The notes under the pieces: generated by a model
What the model saw: the letters and a program-made list of their open reading frames with translations, nothing else
Databases searched by the model: none
Told to the model about the DNA's origin: nothing
Program-made: the position numbers and the translations under genes
Part shown: positions 1-9,539 of the stretch, piece after piece
How the letters are laid out: each line of letters opens with the position of its first letter
Numbering within the stretch: the first letter of the stretch is position 1
NCBI GenBank assembly: GCA_020696385.1
Contig: JAEHCQ010000004.1
Location: 64,001 to 128,000, forward strand
DNA from: Methanobacteriota archaeon
GTDB taxonomy: Archaea > Thermoplasmatota > Thermoplasmata > SG8-5 > JAGLSY01
Reading direction: 5' to 3'
Length of the DNA: 64,000 nucleotides

Positions 1-507
1 AATGAGACTCGCGGTGCAGTACTTGGAGAGAACTGCGTCATAAGGGATTACACGATCATATACACGGATGTTAAAATGGGCGATAGATGCCAGACTGGCC
101 ATCACGCTCTCATCCGGGAAGAAACAGAAATAGGCGATCAGGTCATAATCGGAACCAGCACGGTCATCGAGGATCAGTGCAAGATAGGAAACCGAACATC
201 TATCCAGACAGGTGTTTACATACCAACTAACACGATAATTGGTGATGATGTTTTCATCGGACCACGCGCGTGCTTTACAAATGACAAGTACATGGGCCGT
301 GGCGATATCAATCTGATAGGAGCCAGAGTCGGTGACCATGCCCGGATTGGTGCAAATACGACCATCCTGCCGGGCGTGAAGATCGGCAGGGACACAGTTA
401 TTGGAGCTGGCGCGGTAGTCACGAAGGACGTGCCAGACTTCGCGATTGTGGCCGGCGTGCCAGCCAGACAAATAAGCGAAACACCAAAAGATCACAGGAG
501 ACTGTAG
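1..507 (+). CDS. Hexapeptide-repeat sugar N-acetyltransferase (WbpD-like), 5' truncated by window edge
   Basis: Frame open from base 1 ([17 protein letters not shown]...); hexapeptide repeats, FTND motif, C-terminal [11 protein letters not shown]...GVPAR. Confidence 0.85.
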   Translation, partial: NETRGAVLGENCVIRDYTIIYTDVKMGDRCQTGHHALIREETEIGDQVIIGTSTVIEDQCKIGNRTSIQTGVYIPTNTIIGDDVFIGPRACFTNDKYMGRGDINLIGARVGDHARIGANTTILPGVKIGRDTVIGAGAVVTKDVPDFAIVAGVPARQISETPKDHRRL

Positions 508-508
508 A

Positions 509-1567
509 ATGATAAATGTAGCAAGCCCCCAGATAGGGGATGAAGAATTTGAAGCAGTAAAGGCCGTTATGCAATCCGGCATGCTGGCCCAGGGAAAGAA
601 AGTCGCCGAATTGGAAGAAAAATTCGCCGAGTACTGCGGAGCCAAACACGGTATCGCGGTAGGAAACGGAACCCAGGCCCTTCACCTCGCCCTATTGTCA
701 ATGGGCATCGGCAAGGGCGATGAAGTGATAACCACTCCTTTCAGCTTCGTGGCCAGTGCGACATCCATCTTATTCACAGGGGCTACTCCGGTCTTTGCGG
801 ATATCGATCCAAAGACCTTCAATATCTCTCCGGATTCAATAGCCGAGAAGATCACTCCAAGAACCAAGGCCATCATGCCAGTCCATATTTTCGGATTATC
901 AGCTGACATGGAAAAGATTAACAAGCTCGGTATCCAGCACGGATTAAAAGTCTTAGAAGATTCCTGCCAGGCTCACGGAGCTTCCATGAACGGGAAGACA
1001 ACTGGCTCGATGGGGGATGCAGCCTGTTTCAGCTTTTATCCAACAAAGAACATGACAACTGGCGAGGGCGGCATCATCACGACAAATGATGATGTGATAA
1101 ACGACCTGGCCAAGAAGTTCAGGAACCACGGCATGGCCGACCGCTATGTTTATGAATTCCTGGGATACAATTTCAGAATGACCGACATCGCGGCATCAAT
1201 CGGCGTGGTCCAGTTGGCCAAGCTGGAGCAGATGACGAAGGCCCGTATCGAAAACGCGGCTTACCTCACAGAAGGATTGAAAGCCAAGGGCATTGTCACT
1301 CCTTTCGTGCCGGATGGCTACCGCCACGTTTTCCACCAGTACACGATCAGAGTGCAGGATAGGGACAATGTCATCCAGAAGCTGAGGGATAATGGTGTGG
1401 GCTCGGGTGTGTATTACCCCAAATCTCTGCATAAGTTCGACCTGCTATCGGATTACGGTAGCGAGGGACTGGATAATTCGGATAAGGCCGCGGAAGAAGT
1501 CCTCAGCCTGCCGGTGCATCCGGGATTGACGAAGGAAGATCTGGATACGATTATTGGTGCGTTCTAG
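509..1567 (+). CDS. DegT/DnrJ/EryC1/StrS family PLP-dependent sugar aminotransferase
   Basis: NGTQALHLAL, EDSCQAHGA, FSFYPTKNMTTGEGG, GYNFRM motifs. Confidence 0.95.
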   Translation: MINVASPQIGDEEFEAVKAVMQSGMLAQGKKVAELEEKFAEYCGAKHGIAVGNGTQALHLALLSMGIGKGDEVITTPFSFVASATSILFTGATPVFADIDPKTFNISPDSIAEKITPRTKAIMPVHIFGLSADMEKINKLGIQHGLKVLEDSCQAHGASMNGKTTGSMGDAACFSFYPTKNMTTGEGGIITTNDDVINDLAKKFRNHGMADRYVYEFLGYNFRMTDIAASIGVVQLAKLEQMTKARIENAAYLTEGLKAKGIVTPFVPDGYRHVFHQYTIRVQDRDNVIQKLRDNGVGSGVYYPKSLHKFDLLSDYGSEGLDNSDKAAEEVLSLPVHPGLTKEDLDTIIGAF

Positions 1568-1608
1568 ATTCGGTATTTAGCCCACCCCAAATTTTGGGAT
1601 AGCCCCCC

Positions 1609-1663
1609 ACCCAGCTCCTGTGCTGGACATCCCCAACCCCCGATGTCCTGCTCGGAGCTAAAG
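1609..1663. repeat. GC-rich imperfect hairpin element 1 (attC-like architecture, AGC/GCT ends)
   Basis: AGCTCC/GGAGCT outer stem, internal loop, GGACATC/GATGTCC inner stem; overlaps the stop codon of the 1658-2155 ORF. Confidence 0.55.
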
Positions 1664-2155
1664 CTTATTATCGCCATCTATGATGCTAATATGTTTTGAG
1701 ACAATGATATCGAATTTCGGTGTGTCTGCGAATGCCCCCTCGTCTAAACCCAAATAGAAACTTTTTAAGAGCCCGGGAACTTTATTTCTCAGAACGATTA
1801 TGAAAAAATAATCAGGTTTTTTTTCTATATTGACCCCATTTTTATATTTGATATAATGCCTAGTTATAGTTTCAATATTGGACCAAGGAATAAAAACTTC
1901 TTTTCCAAAATGCTTATTCCCTGATGTAAATCCATTTTCATAGACTCGGACATAATCTAAATTGATCACAATGTAAAGGACAATAGTGGCTGGAAATAAA
2001 TAAAATGGCCAAATAGATACCTCAAGTACAAAACTAATTACTGACAAACCGAAGAGTACGGCCATCACTATCAGTACTTTATTTCGCATTTCTCTATGTT
2101 TATAAATAACTCGCCAATTTTTTGAAGAATCAATTAATAGCTTACCCCGGTCCAT
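1658..2155 (-). CDS. Hypothetical membrane protein (two TM segments, then a PH-like soluble part)
   Basis: AT-rich ORF, two hydrophobic stretches followed by VYENG...IPWSNI; own TTTAAATA box upstream. Confidence 0.6.
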   Translation of the reverse strand: MDRGKLLIDSSKNWRVIYKHREMRNKVLIVMAVLFGLSVISFVLEVSIWPFYLFPATIVLYIVINLDYVRVYENGFTSGNKHFGKEVFIPWSNIETITRHYIKYKNGVNIEKKPDYFFIIVLRNKVPGLLKSFYLGLDEGAFADTPKFDIIVSKHISIIDGDNKL

Positions 2156-2221
2156 ATATTATACAATACATTTTCTGTATTTAAATCAGTCTTGGGAAAT
2201 CCCTGGGTTATCCACAGATCA

Positions 2222-2399
2222 GTCCAGCACCACTTTTTTCTTTTAACCCTCGCTGTGCTTGCTCACCCTCAAAAAGAAAAAAGACGGACAAATAAAGAAA
2301 CTCGGGTGAGCCTGCTCGCTCGGGATATGCCCTAACCATCCCCTTCCCACGATGCCCCTGCGCTGGTCCCATCCCCAACGCCTGCTCGGTGTGCTAGAT
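2222..2399. repeat. GC-rich multi-stem element 2, related to element 1
   Basis: CCAGCAC/GTGCTAG outer stem, GCTCACCC/GGGTGAGC inner stem; shares CATCCCCAAC and CCTGCTCGG words with element 1. Confidence 0.55.
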
Positions 2400-2404
2400 A
2401 TAAT

Positions 2405-2737
2405 TTATACCAAATCAGCATCGTCTAAATATTTAGGTATGTTTTTCTCAACTTGATTAGATAAGCCATCTATTATTGCTAAAAATCCTGGAGTCATTGC
2501 TGAAGGTATAACTTTCCCTTCTCCTCTAACTCTAATTAATAATCCAACCTCTTCAAGATTATTTACTCTTGTATTTATGGATTTGACTCCCTTCGTTTTT
2601 AAAATTCCTTGAATCTCATCTATAGATGAAGGGAGCATTTTTAATATTCTATAGTTCTTTTCATCAGACCCTACTCTAAAGACTGCTAATGTGTCTTTAA
2701 TTATCTGATTTTTTATCCATACTTCGTTTATTTTCAT
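2405..2737 (-). CDS. Winged helix-turn-helix protein (putative transcriptional regulator)
   Basis: ILKMLPSSIDEI...INTRVNNLEEVGLLIR pattern typical of wHTH. Confidence 0.65.
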   Translation of the reverse strand: MKINEVWIKNQIIKDTLAVFRVGSDEKNYRILKMLPSSIDEIQGILKTKGVKSINTRVNNLEEVGLLIRVRGEGKVIPSAMTPGFLAIIDGLSNQVEKNIPKYLDDADLV

Positions 2738-2834
2738 TGTTTCCCTTTTTAAAGCGTTTTTTAGCTTTTTTGATCACAATTTTAGTAATCTCCTGGGCCA
2801 CTATTTGCATAGCGGATATCATGATTTCATTCAT
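2697..2834 (-). CDS. Small basic 45-aa ORF (MNEIMISAMQIVAQEITKIVIKKAKKRFKKGNNENKRSMDKKSDN)
   Basis: GGAGGT Shine-Dalgarno shortly before the ATG; below the ORF-track length cut-off; overlaps the wHTH start. Confidence 0.35.
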   Translation of the reverse strand: MNEIMISAMQIVAQEITKIVIKKAKKRFKKGNNENKRSMDKKSDN

Positions 2835-3055
2835 GTTTCAACCTCCTATGATTGTTGGATGGCCTCTCATCATCCAAAGAGGTGAAACATTAATCCGAAA
2901 CCTTTACGAAAGTTTCGTATTGCATATTTCCCTTCTATGAGAGACTAATGGATTTTTTTCGACGAGATCCATACTCGCGATCATTACTTTCCCCCCCAAG
3001 GCTACTAACCTTGGTGCAATAAACACTATGAAATATGAACTATTTAAATGTTCTC

Positions 3056-3167
3056 ATTGTAGTGAATGCTACAATCTTAAATATAGCCATGTACGTATCA
3101 ATAAATTCTCTCTGCTTAGTGAATGCTACAACACAAAGATTAATTAACTCGATATTAATTCACTAAG
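3056..3167. promoter_or_regulatory. Putative operator array between divergent wHTH and ATPase genes
   Basis: TAGTGAATGCTACAA direct repeat at 3060 and 3117; ATTGTAG-N6-CTACAAT palindrome; CTTAGTGAAT/ATTCACTAAG inverted pair. Confidence 0.55.
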
Positions 3168-3169
3168 TG

Positions 3170-4288
3170 ATGTTCAAGAAAATTGAGATAAAAAATTATA
3201 AAAGTATTAAAAATGCAACAATTCACCTCAATAATGTAAATATATTGATTGGCCCTAATAATTCAGGTAAATCCAACCTTCTTGATTTCATTGATTTTTA
3301 TCAGACTATTTTGAGCTTTGAATTGAAAGAAGCATTTGGTCCTAGGCCATTTGATTTTCGAGATATAGTTTGTATGGCTTCTGATTTTAGAACTGATGCT
3401 ATTGAAGGTAGTTTTATTAGTGAAACTCGAGAAGGAAAGGAAATAACCCATGAATATGGAATTGAAAATTTCAGAAATTCAAAAGGAAGATTTGGTGTTC
3501 GTTTTAAACATGAACATGTTTCATTAAATGGCGACAATCAGAGCTATACAGACAGAACTGTTTCGATACTAAATGAACAATATAGAAATAGATCTATTGC
3601 AAATCAAAATTTATATGAATATGTTAGAGAATGTCGTTCAATACGGCGTTTTCAATTTTCACCAAAATTAATTAAGAAAGAAGAGGAGATAGATATTGCT
3701 TTACCTGATATTCCATTTTTACGATATAGTGGCGAAAATTTGATTGAAGTTCTGTTTCATATAAGAGATCACAATCCTGAAAATTATCGTAAAATTGTAA
3801 ATGATTTTAGATCAATATTTCCAGATATAACAGATATCTCATTCAAACATCTTGGTGAACAACGTTATGGTTTATCTTTTAACAAGAAGACATCAAAAGG
3901 CTCATGGCAACTCATGGCACCTCAAATATCAGATGGATTAGCAATCACTCTAGCTATTCTTACATTAATAAATTCAGCAAAACCCCCTAGATTTATACTG
4001 ATGGAAGAAATAGAAAATGGCATTAATCCGAATACATTGAGAATCCTTTTTGAAAAAATAGTGAGTGTATCAAATAAAAAAGGAATTCAATTTTTTATTA
4101 CAACTCATTCACCCATTCTTCTTGAGCTTATGAGTGATAATCCCGAATATGTAATCGTATGTGAACAAAAAGATGGTCAGTCTGAATATTTACCGTTAAA
4201 TGAATTGCTTCTTAAATTTGGTTCAGAATACCAGCATGGCGAATCTTTATTCCATCTTTGGTTTAATGGTCTTATTGGTGGTTTATAA
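3170..4288 (+). CDS. ABC-type ATPase (AAA_15/AAA_21-like), putative defence or TA component
   Basis: IKNYKSI, Walker A GPNNSGKSN, signature ISDG, Walker B LMEEIENGINP, H-loop ITTHSP; AT-rich. Confidence 0.85.
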   Translation: MFKKIEIKNYKSIKNATIHLNNVNILIGPNNSGKSNLLDFIDFYQTILSFELKEAFGPRPFDFRDIVCMASDFRTDAIEGSFISETREGKEITHEYGIENFRNSKGRFGVRFKHEHVSLNGDNQSYTDRTVSILNEQYRNRSIANQNLYEYVRECRSIRRFQFSPKLIKKEEEIDIALPDIPFLRYSGENLIEVLFHIRDHNPENYRKIVNDFRSIFPDITDISFKHLGEQRYGLSFNKKTSKGSWQLMAPQISDGLAITLAILTLINSAKPPRFILMEEIENGINPNTLRILFEKIVSVSNKKGIQFFITTHSPILLELMSDNPEYVIVCEQKDGQSEYLPLNELLLKFGSEYQHGESLFHLWFNGLIGGL

Positions 4289-4909
4289 TTGAAAATTCAT
4301 CTAATTACTGAAGGTCCAACGGATAGACTAATACTGAAAGCTTTACTTAATAGAATGATTGAAAGGCAACCCCATTTAATTTCTGAAAGTAAAACACAAA
4401 AAAAAAATCGTAGTGTTTCTTCATTACTCGATTATGCTTTTTTTTCGAAATTTCTTCATTACGCCTTTTATCACAGTGTTGATGTAATTATTACTTGCCT
4501 TGATAATGACGCTCATGAGCTAGATAGAACTGGTATATCCATAGAAAGAAAAGAGATTATTGAAGGCTATAAAAACAAATTTTTACTTGAAAATCAGTAT
4601 ATATACCCAACAGTCAATCCTTGCTTTATTATTATAGTGCCAGTTGAAACTCTAGATTATTGGGTAAAATGTATTAAAATGAGAACAACTAATTGTACAG
4701 AAATATTGAATATTCGACAAATAAACAAGGCCCAAATTAAATCATTAACCTATGGGGAACAGAATATTCATTTTGGATGGATGATTGATGATCAAGCAAT
4801 AACTAATGTCATTAATCAAATTACTGGACAAAATAATCTGATTGAAAAATTGGAATGCTTACCCTGTTTTAAAGATTTTCAAACACAGTTAGAAAATTGT
4901 CTATCCTAA
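4289..4909 (+). CDS. DUF4276/TOPRIM-like partner of the ATPase
   Basis: N-terminal ITEGPTD, DND, ETLDYW motifs; directly abuts the ATPase (TTG start). Confidence 0.6.
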   Translation: MKIHLITEGPTDRLILKALLNRMIERQPHLISESKTQKKNRSVSSLLDYAFFSKFLHYAFYHSVDVIITCLDNDAHELDRTGISIERKEIIEGYKNKFLLENQYIYPTVNPCFIIIVPVETLDYWVKCIKMRTTNCTEILNIRQINKAQIKSLTYGEQNIHFGWMIDDQAITNVINQITGQNNLIEKLECLPCFKDFQTQLENCLS

Positions 4910-4941
4910 ATTTCTCAATCTTTATTTGTATTATTTTAGTT

Positions 4942-6063
4942 TCAGTCCAGCATCCCCAGTTCGGTCAGCTTCTCCGGCAGGTACTTATCCGTCACGAAGT
5001 TCAAACCGTATTTTGCCAATGCCTGTTGTTCCGCCTTCTTGTTTATTTTTAGCATCAGCTCGATCTCATCGCGCCAGAACCTGTCCTTGAACCTCGGATC
5101 TGTTAATTCTGATTTTAGAGCTTTCACATCCTGCGCATTCAGTTTATCTGTGGGGAGGTCGTAGGTTAGTATATCGTCGGTCGTTATGCCGATGTACACC
5201 GCACTTGGACATGCCAGGTATTCCGAAATATGAGCTGTCTTTATCGCGCCATAAGCGATTGAAGAGTAAATTCTGAAGGACCAGGGATCGCAATCAGTGA
5301 ATACAAGAATAGGAAGGTTCATCTCCTCGTTAAGACGCTTCATCATGCGGCGAGTGGAACGGGCTGGCTGTCCCTTGAGATGCAGTACAATTGCATTTGA
5401 ATCCTCGTCAAATCCATTTTCAACCAACCTGTCGAACATACCACCAGTTTCGACAGCCATGACGAACTTCGCATCTGTTTCGACGAAGTTCACCTTGTCG
5501 CTCTCTACATTGTACGGAATGCTGTAACCACTGTCACCGACATCGTCCTGGCAGTTGATCCTCTTCTTGATACCTTTTCTGTTCACTTCGTCCAGGGTGA
5601 TATTGCCGATGATTCTGGCTCCATCCTCTTCCGGCCTGAGCTTGAAGTCCTCCCTCATGCACGCGGTTATTATTTCCAGGTCTTCGGCCAGGTTGTTCGA
5701 TTCGTCCTGTGATCCGAACTTGCCTTTGTCCCAACCCTCGGATATGTAGTACATTTCTCTCAGGGTGGATGATTTGCTGTCCTTGATCATGTCCTGGATG
5801 AACTCCAGCATGTACATCGTGCGTAGCAACATGTACGCGCCATTGAGCTTCTTCGCACTTCTCACACCCTTCATGTTCCCGTACTTCCACACGCCTTTTC
5901 TGGGAGCGAATTGAATATTTTTCTTCGACCTGAGAGGGATCTCCATCTTCGGTATCTGGCCCTTGTCTATCTGTTTGTAAACACTATCGGCTATCTTGTA
6001 AAGCTCTTCCACTGCTTTCTGGGATCTGTCATCAGCAGTCTGCTTGTCGTCACTAGATGTCAT
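4942..6063 (-). CDS. top6A: DNA topoisomerase VI subunit A
   Basis: STLREMYY catalytic Tyr, [28 protein letters not shown]. Confidence 0.97.
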   Translation of the reverse strand: MTSSDDKQTADDRSQKAVEELYKIADSVYKQIDKGQIPKMEIPLRSKKNIQFAPRKGVWKYGNMKGVRSAKKLNGAYMLLRTMYMLEFIQDMIKDSKSSTLREMYYISEGWDKGKFGSQDESNNLAEDLEIITACMREDFKLRPEEDGARIIGNITLDEVNRKGIKKRINCQDDVGDSGYSIPYNVESDKVNFVETDAKFVMAVETGGMFDRLVENGFDEDSNAIVLHLKGQPARSTRRMMKRLNEEMNLPILVFTDCDPWSFRIYSSIAYGAIKTAHISEYLACPSAVYIGITTDDILTYDLPTDKLNAQDVKALKSELTDPRFKDRFWRDEIELMLKINKKAEQQALAKYGLNFVTDKYLPEKLTELGMLD

Positions 6064-8129
6064 TCGTCGCTCACCTCCGCCTTACCATCGTCATCAATGC
6101 CATCGTCATCATCCAGATCTTCGGCCACATCGTCATAATCAACATCGTCAATTTCATTCGCTGGCTTCACAACTGGTCTATCCTTTTCCTCATCATAATC
6201 AAAGAGGGATTGTGCCGCTGCCGTGATCTTCTTATCATCCAGGTTCCAATCACCCGGTAGCATGTCGGCTCCGATCACGATGGCTGGATTCATATCACTG
6301 AAATAAACCTCGACATCACCGAACTCTTCCTTTTCCAGACCCTTTAATTCGAACTTAATAGGATAGCTACCAGTACTCTCTATCCGATTAATATTCCACT
6401 GCACCTTATCGCCATTGATGTCATCAGGCTCTGGATCGAATTTCTTCACATCGATATCATCCATCGGAAGTTCCGCGTACAGTTTCATTTTCTTGATGGT
6501 CGATGTGTAGTTATATACGTCAACCTGCACCTTGTGCCTTTTCTTGTCATATTCGATGGAATCATCTATCCAGATAACATCCATGATGCTGGTGATCGTC
6601 CTGCCAAGTTTGGGCACTGGCTTGCCCACGATGTTCGCGGATTTTTTGGCAATCTCCGGAAGTAATATCTGAACAATATTGAACTTTTCTCGATTCTTGG
6701 CCTTGGTCGCGCTCTTGCTAAGATGTGACTTAAGCTTCCGGGCGCATAATCTCAGCGCCCGTTCTATCTCGCTGTCGATGATCTTGATATTTGCTATCGC
6801 GTCCTTGGACTCGCTGGTGAAAGGTATCTGGGTGGAAGCCACATGCACAAGGATAACTGCTGGTCCATAGGGAATTCCCTTGCCGCCACGCTGTTCAAGT
6901 CCATAGCGTCGCCAGTCCACCTTGGAGATGGCATTGGTGATCACATCCCCGCCCTGCTGGTACAACAGCGGCACGCGATTAGCGAATCTTAGAATTTCAA
7001 CCTGCTTGTCCTTGGGTAGCTGGCCTCCATAGACCATACCAACTTCAACTTGGAATGGGTGGCCGGAGTACACGCTTGGATCACGAGTGATCGGGGGCGC
7101 GTAGAACTTCGGCTTCAGACCGCTCAGAACATTCCGCAAGCCTTTCTTGATAAGTGTGGGGCCAATGGGTGATAGGCAATCTGTATTCGGCGCCATTATT
7201 TTCACTTCATCAATGGCCTTGACAACTGCCTTCGCTTCCTGGATGCTCAGTGTCTTGGGGCTTTTCTTTTCTCGAACCCCGGCCTTTTCGAGAATGTCCT
7301 TGGCAACTCGGGGGCTCACCCTGGAGAATTCGTCGGTTAGGAAAGCCACCATGCGGCGATGCCTGGATGCCTTGGCCATATTGTGGAAATGGCCAAGTTC
7401 TATTCCTTTTGGATGTGGCTTCACTTCCTTGGTCTGTCGTGGGATCTCCTCACTCACCCGCTTGAAATCATGAATCTCCCCAGCCGGATCCTTGAAAGCA
7501 ATATGGGCATGAGGATTCACAATGGCGGTTCCCTTCAGATATTCGAGGACCGATTGCTTGCCCGCGGTATATCGGGCATTGATGTAAACTTCAATTCTGG
7601 TTCCATGCTCCTTGCCCTCCCAGATCTTGAAATCCTCCTCGATTATGTCCGCTCGATTCTTCTTCGTATTGAGCACGAGGTTCATCCAATGGGCGGCCTC
7701 TTCTTTCTCGGTCTTGGAAATAACGTAAGTAGGCTTTCCGGTTGTCAACTGGCCATACATTACCACGGCTGAAATACCAATGCCTTGCTGGCCTCGGGAT
7801 TGTCGAATTGAATGGAATCTGGAACCATACAGAAGTCGGCCGAAAACATTGGCGATCTGGCGCTTCACAATACCTGGTCCATTATCCTCCATCGTGATCT
7901 TGAACTCGATCTTGGATATCTGTTCGATCTCGACATAAATATCTGGTAAAATTCCGGCTTCCTCGCAGGCATCCAGGGAATTGTCCACACCCTCTTTCAC
8001 GGATGTCAATAAAGCTCTGGTCAATGAGTCAAATCCCAGGATCTGCTTGTTTCTCTGGAAGAACTCTCCGATCGATATTTCTTTCTGACTCTGTGCCAAT
8101 TTCTCTGCTGTTGAGACTGCCATTTCCAT
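6060..8129 (-). CDS. top6B: DNA topoisomerase VI subunit B
   Basis: GHKL motifs [25 protein letters not shown]; RFANRVPL; acidic C-terminal extension. Confidence 0.97.
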   Translation of the reverse strand: MEMAVSTAEKLAQSQKEISIGEFFQRNKQILGFDSLTRALLTSVKEGVDNSLDACEEAGILPDIYVEIEQISKIEFKITMEDNGPGIVKRQIANVFGRLLYGSRFHSIRQSRGQQGIGISAVVMYGQLTTGKPTYVISKTEKEEAAHWMNLVLNTKKNRADIIEEDFKIWEGKEHGTRIEVYINARYTAGKQSVLEYLKGTAIVNPHAHIAFKDPAGEIHDFKRVSEEIPRQTKEVKPHPKGIELGHFHNMAKASRHRRMVAFLTDEFSRVSPRVAKDILEKAGVREKKSPKTLSIQEAKAVVKAIDEVKIMAPNTDCLSPIGPTLIKKGLRNVLSGLKPKFYAPPITRDPSVYSGHPFQVEVGMVYGGQLPKDKQVEILRFANRVPLLYQQGGDVITNAISKVDWRRYGLEQRGGKGIPYGPAVILVHVASTQIPFTSESKDAIANIKIIDSEIERALRLCARKLKSHLSKSATKAKNREKFNIVQILLPEIAKKSANIVGKPVPKLGRTITSIMDVIWIDDSIEYDKKRHKVQVDVYNYTSTIKKMKLYAELPMDDIDVKKFDPEPDDINGDKVQWNINRIESTGSYPIKFELKGLEKEEFGDVEVYFSDMNPAIVIGADMLPGDWNLDDKKITAAAQSLFDYDEEKDRPVVKPANEIDDVDYDDVAEDLDDDDGIDDDGKAEVSDE

Positions 8130-8368
8130 CCCTTCACTCTGTTAATATTAAGGAATGCTGGCATTCGCCATATTAATTAGACAAGCTGGCCTTGCAATAA
8201 AGACCAATCTTCGAATGCATCCCTTATGTCCGATGGTAATATCTATCGAATAATTAAAGTTTAACCTCGCACAGTCCCTAATGCATCACCTTCTCGTCCT
8301 TTAAAAAATAATATATATCTCTCTCTCTTTCATTGTATTATCTTGATACACCATATTGGAGTGATCAC

Positions 8369-9406
8369 ATGAACCTAAAAAAAGAAGACCTTCTCAAAGA
8401 CCTGATAGTGCATTATGACATGAAAGAACATGACGTGGTCGACATCGTGGAATCCATGTCCACCATGGCTTTTCAAGCCCGCAATCTATCACGCGCTGCT
8501 GAGATATACGACATGATGCTGGCTGACCATGATTGCAAAGTCATCCTTTGTATGTCCGGTTCCTTATTTTCAGCGGGTCTGAAGAAGATCGTTCATGACA
8601 TGATAATGAACAATATGGTCGATGCGATTGTCTCGACTGGCGCGGTCATAGTCGATATGGATTTCTTCGAGGCCATTGGATTCAAGCATTACATTGGAAC
8701 CCCATTTGTGGACGACAATGATCTCCGCGAATTGCACATTGACAGAATATATGATACTTTCATAGATGAAGAAGAGTTGCGCGTGTGCGACCAGACAGTG
8801 AAGGTAATAGCTGACAAGCTGGAAAAGCGCCCATATTCATCCCGTGAGTTCATCAAGGAGATGGGAAAGTATCTGGATGATCAGGGGCCGAAAGTTGACG
8901 ATTCGGTCATTCACGCGGCCTACAAGATGGATGTTCCGATATTCTGCCCAGCATTTTCAGATTGCAGTGCGGGCTTCGGACTTCTTGACCACCAGCGGCA
9001 GAATCCGGACAAGCACCTGAGCATTGATTCAGTTGCAGATTTCAGAGAATTGGTAGCTCTTGTTACAGCATCAAAACAGAGCGGCATCTTCATGATAGGC
9101 GGTGGAGTTCCGAAGAACTTCGTGCAGGACACTGTCCTCGGAGTGGAAGTTGATCCATCCGGCAAGCTTCTTGAGGATGTCCGGATGCACAAGTACGCGA
9201 TACAGATCACAGTAGCTGACGAGCGCGACGGTGCGCTATCGGGCTCCACCCTGAAAGAAGCCAGCTCCTGGGGAAAGGTTGAGACAAATCATGAGCAGAT
9301 GGTCTGGGCAGAAGCGACCATCGCACTTCCGCTTATAGCCGGATATGCTTATAACAAGGGCAACTGGAAGGGCAGAGAACCTTCCAGGTGGGGAAAACTT
9401 CTGTGA
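8369..9406 (+). CDS. dys: Deoxyhypusine synthase family protein
   Basis: IGGGVPKNF, DGALSGSTLKEASSWGK (catalytic Lys); ATG at 8369 after GGAGTGA SD. Confidence 0.9.
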   Translation: MNLKKEDLLKDLIVHYDMKEHDVVDIVESMSTMAFQARNLSRAAEIYDMMLADHDCKVILCMSGSLFSAGLKKIVHDMIMNNMVDAIVSTGAVIVDMDFFEAIGFKHYIGTPFVDDNDLRELHIDRIYDTFIDEEELRVCDQTVKVIADKLEKRPYSSREFIKEMGKYLDDQGPKVDDSVIHAAYKMDVPIFCPAFSDCSAGFGLLDHQRQNPDKHLSIDSVADFRELVALVTASKQSGIFMIGGGVPKNFVQDTVLGVEVDPSGKLLEDVRMHKYAIQITVADERDGALSGSTLKEASSWGKVETNHEQMVWAEATIALPLIAGYAYNKGNWKGREPSRWGKLL

Positions 9407-9423
9407 GCCAGATATCTGTAAAT

Positions 9424-9452
9424 AAAAAAGTTAACGGGGTGTTAACTTTTTT
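9424..9452. terminator. Bidirectional terminator-like hairpin between dys and folD
   Basis: AAAAAAGTTAAC-GGGGT-GTTAACTTTTTT. Confidence 0.65.
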
Positions 9453-9539
9453 CCAAAGCGGCCTTCACCACATTACTCATCCGTATGATAATGTATCTTA
9501 AAGGCTGCCATTTTCAGCAGCCTTCACCACATTACTCAT
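9442..9539 (-). repeat. Duplicated folD 3' end with hairpin unit
   Basis: ATGAGTAATGTGGTGAAGGCYGCT present at 9539 (in gene) and 9480 (downstream), 59-nt period. Confidence 0.85.

Noticed and set aside
2737-2940. 67-aa plus-strand hydrophobic ORF
   Set aside because: TTG start with no SD; antisense to a better-supported small ORF.
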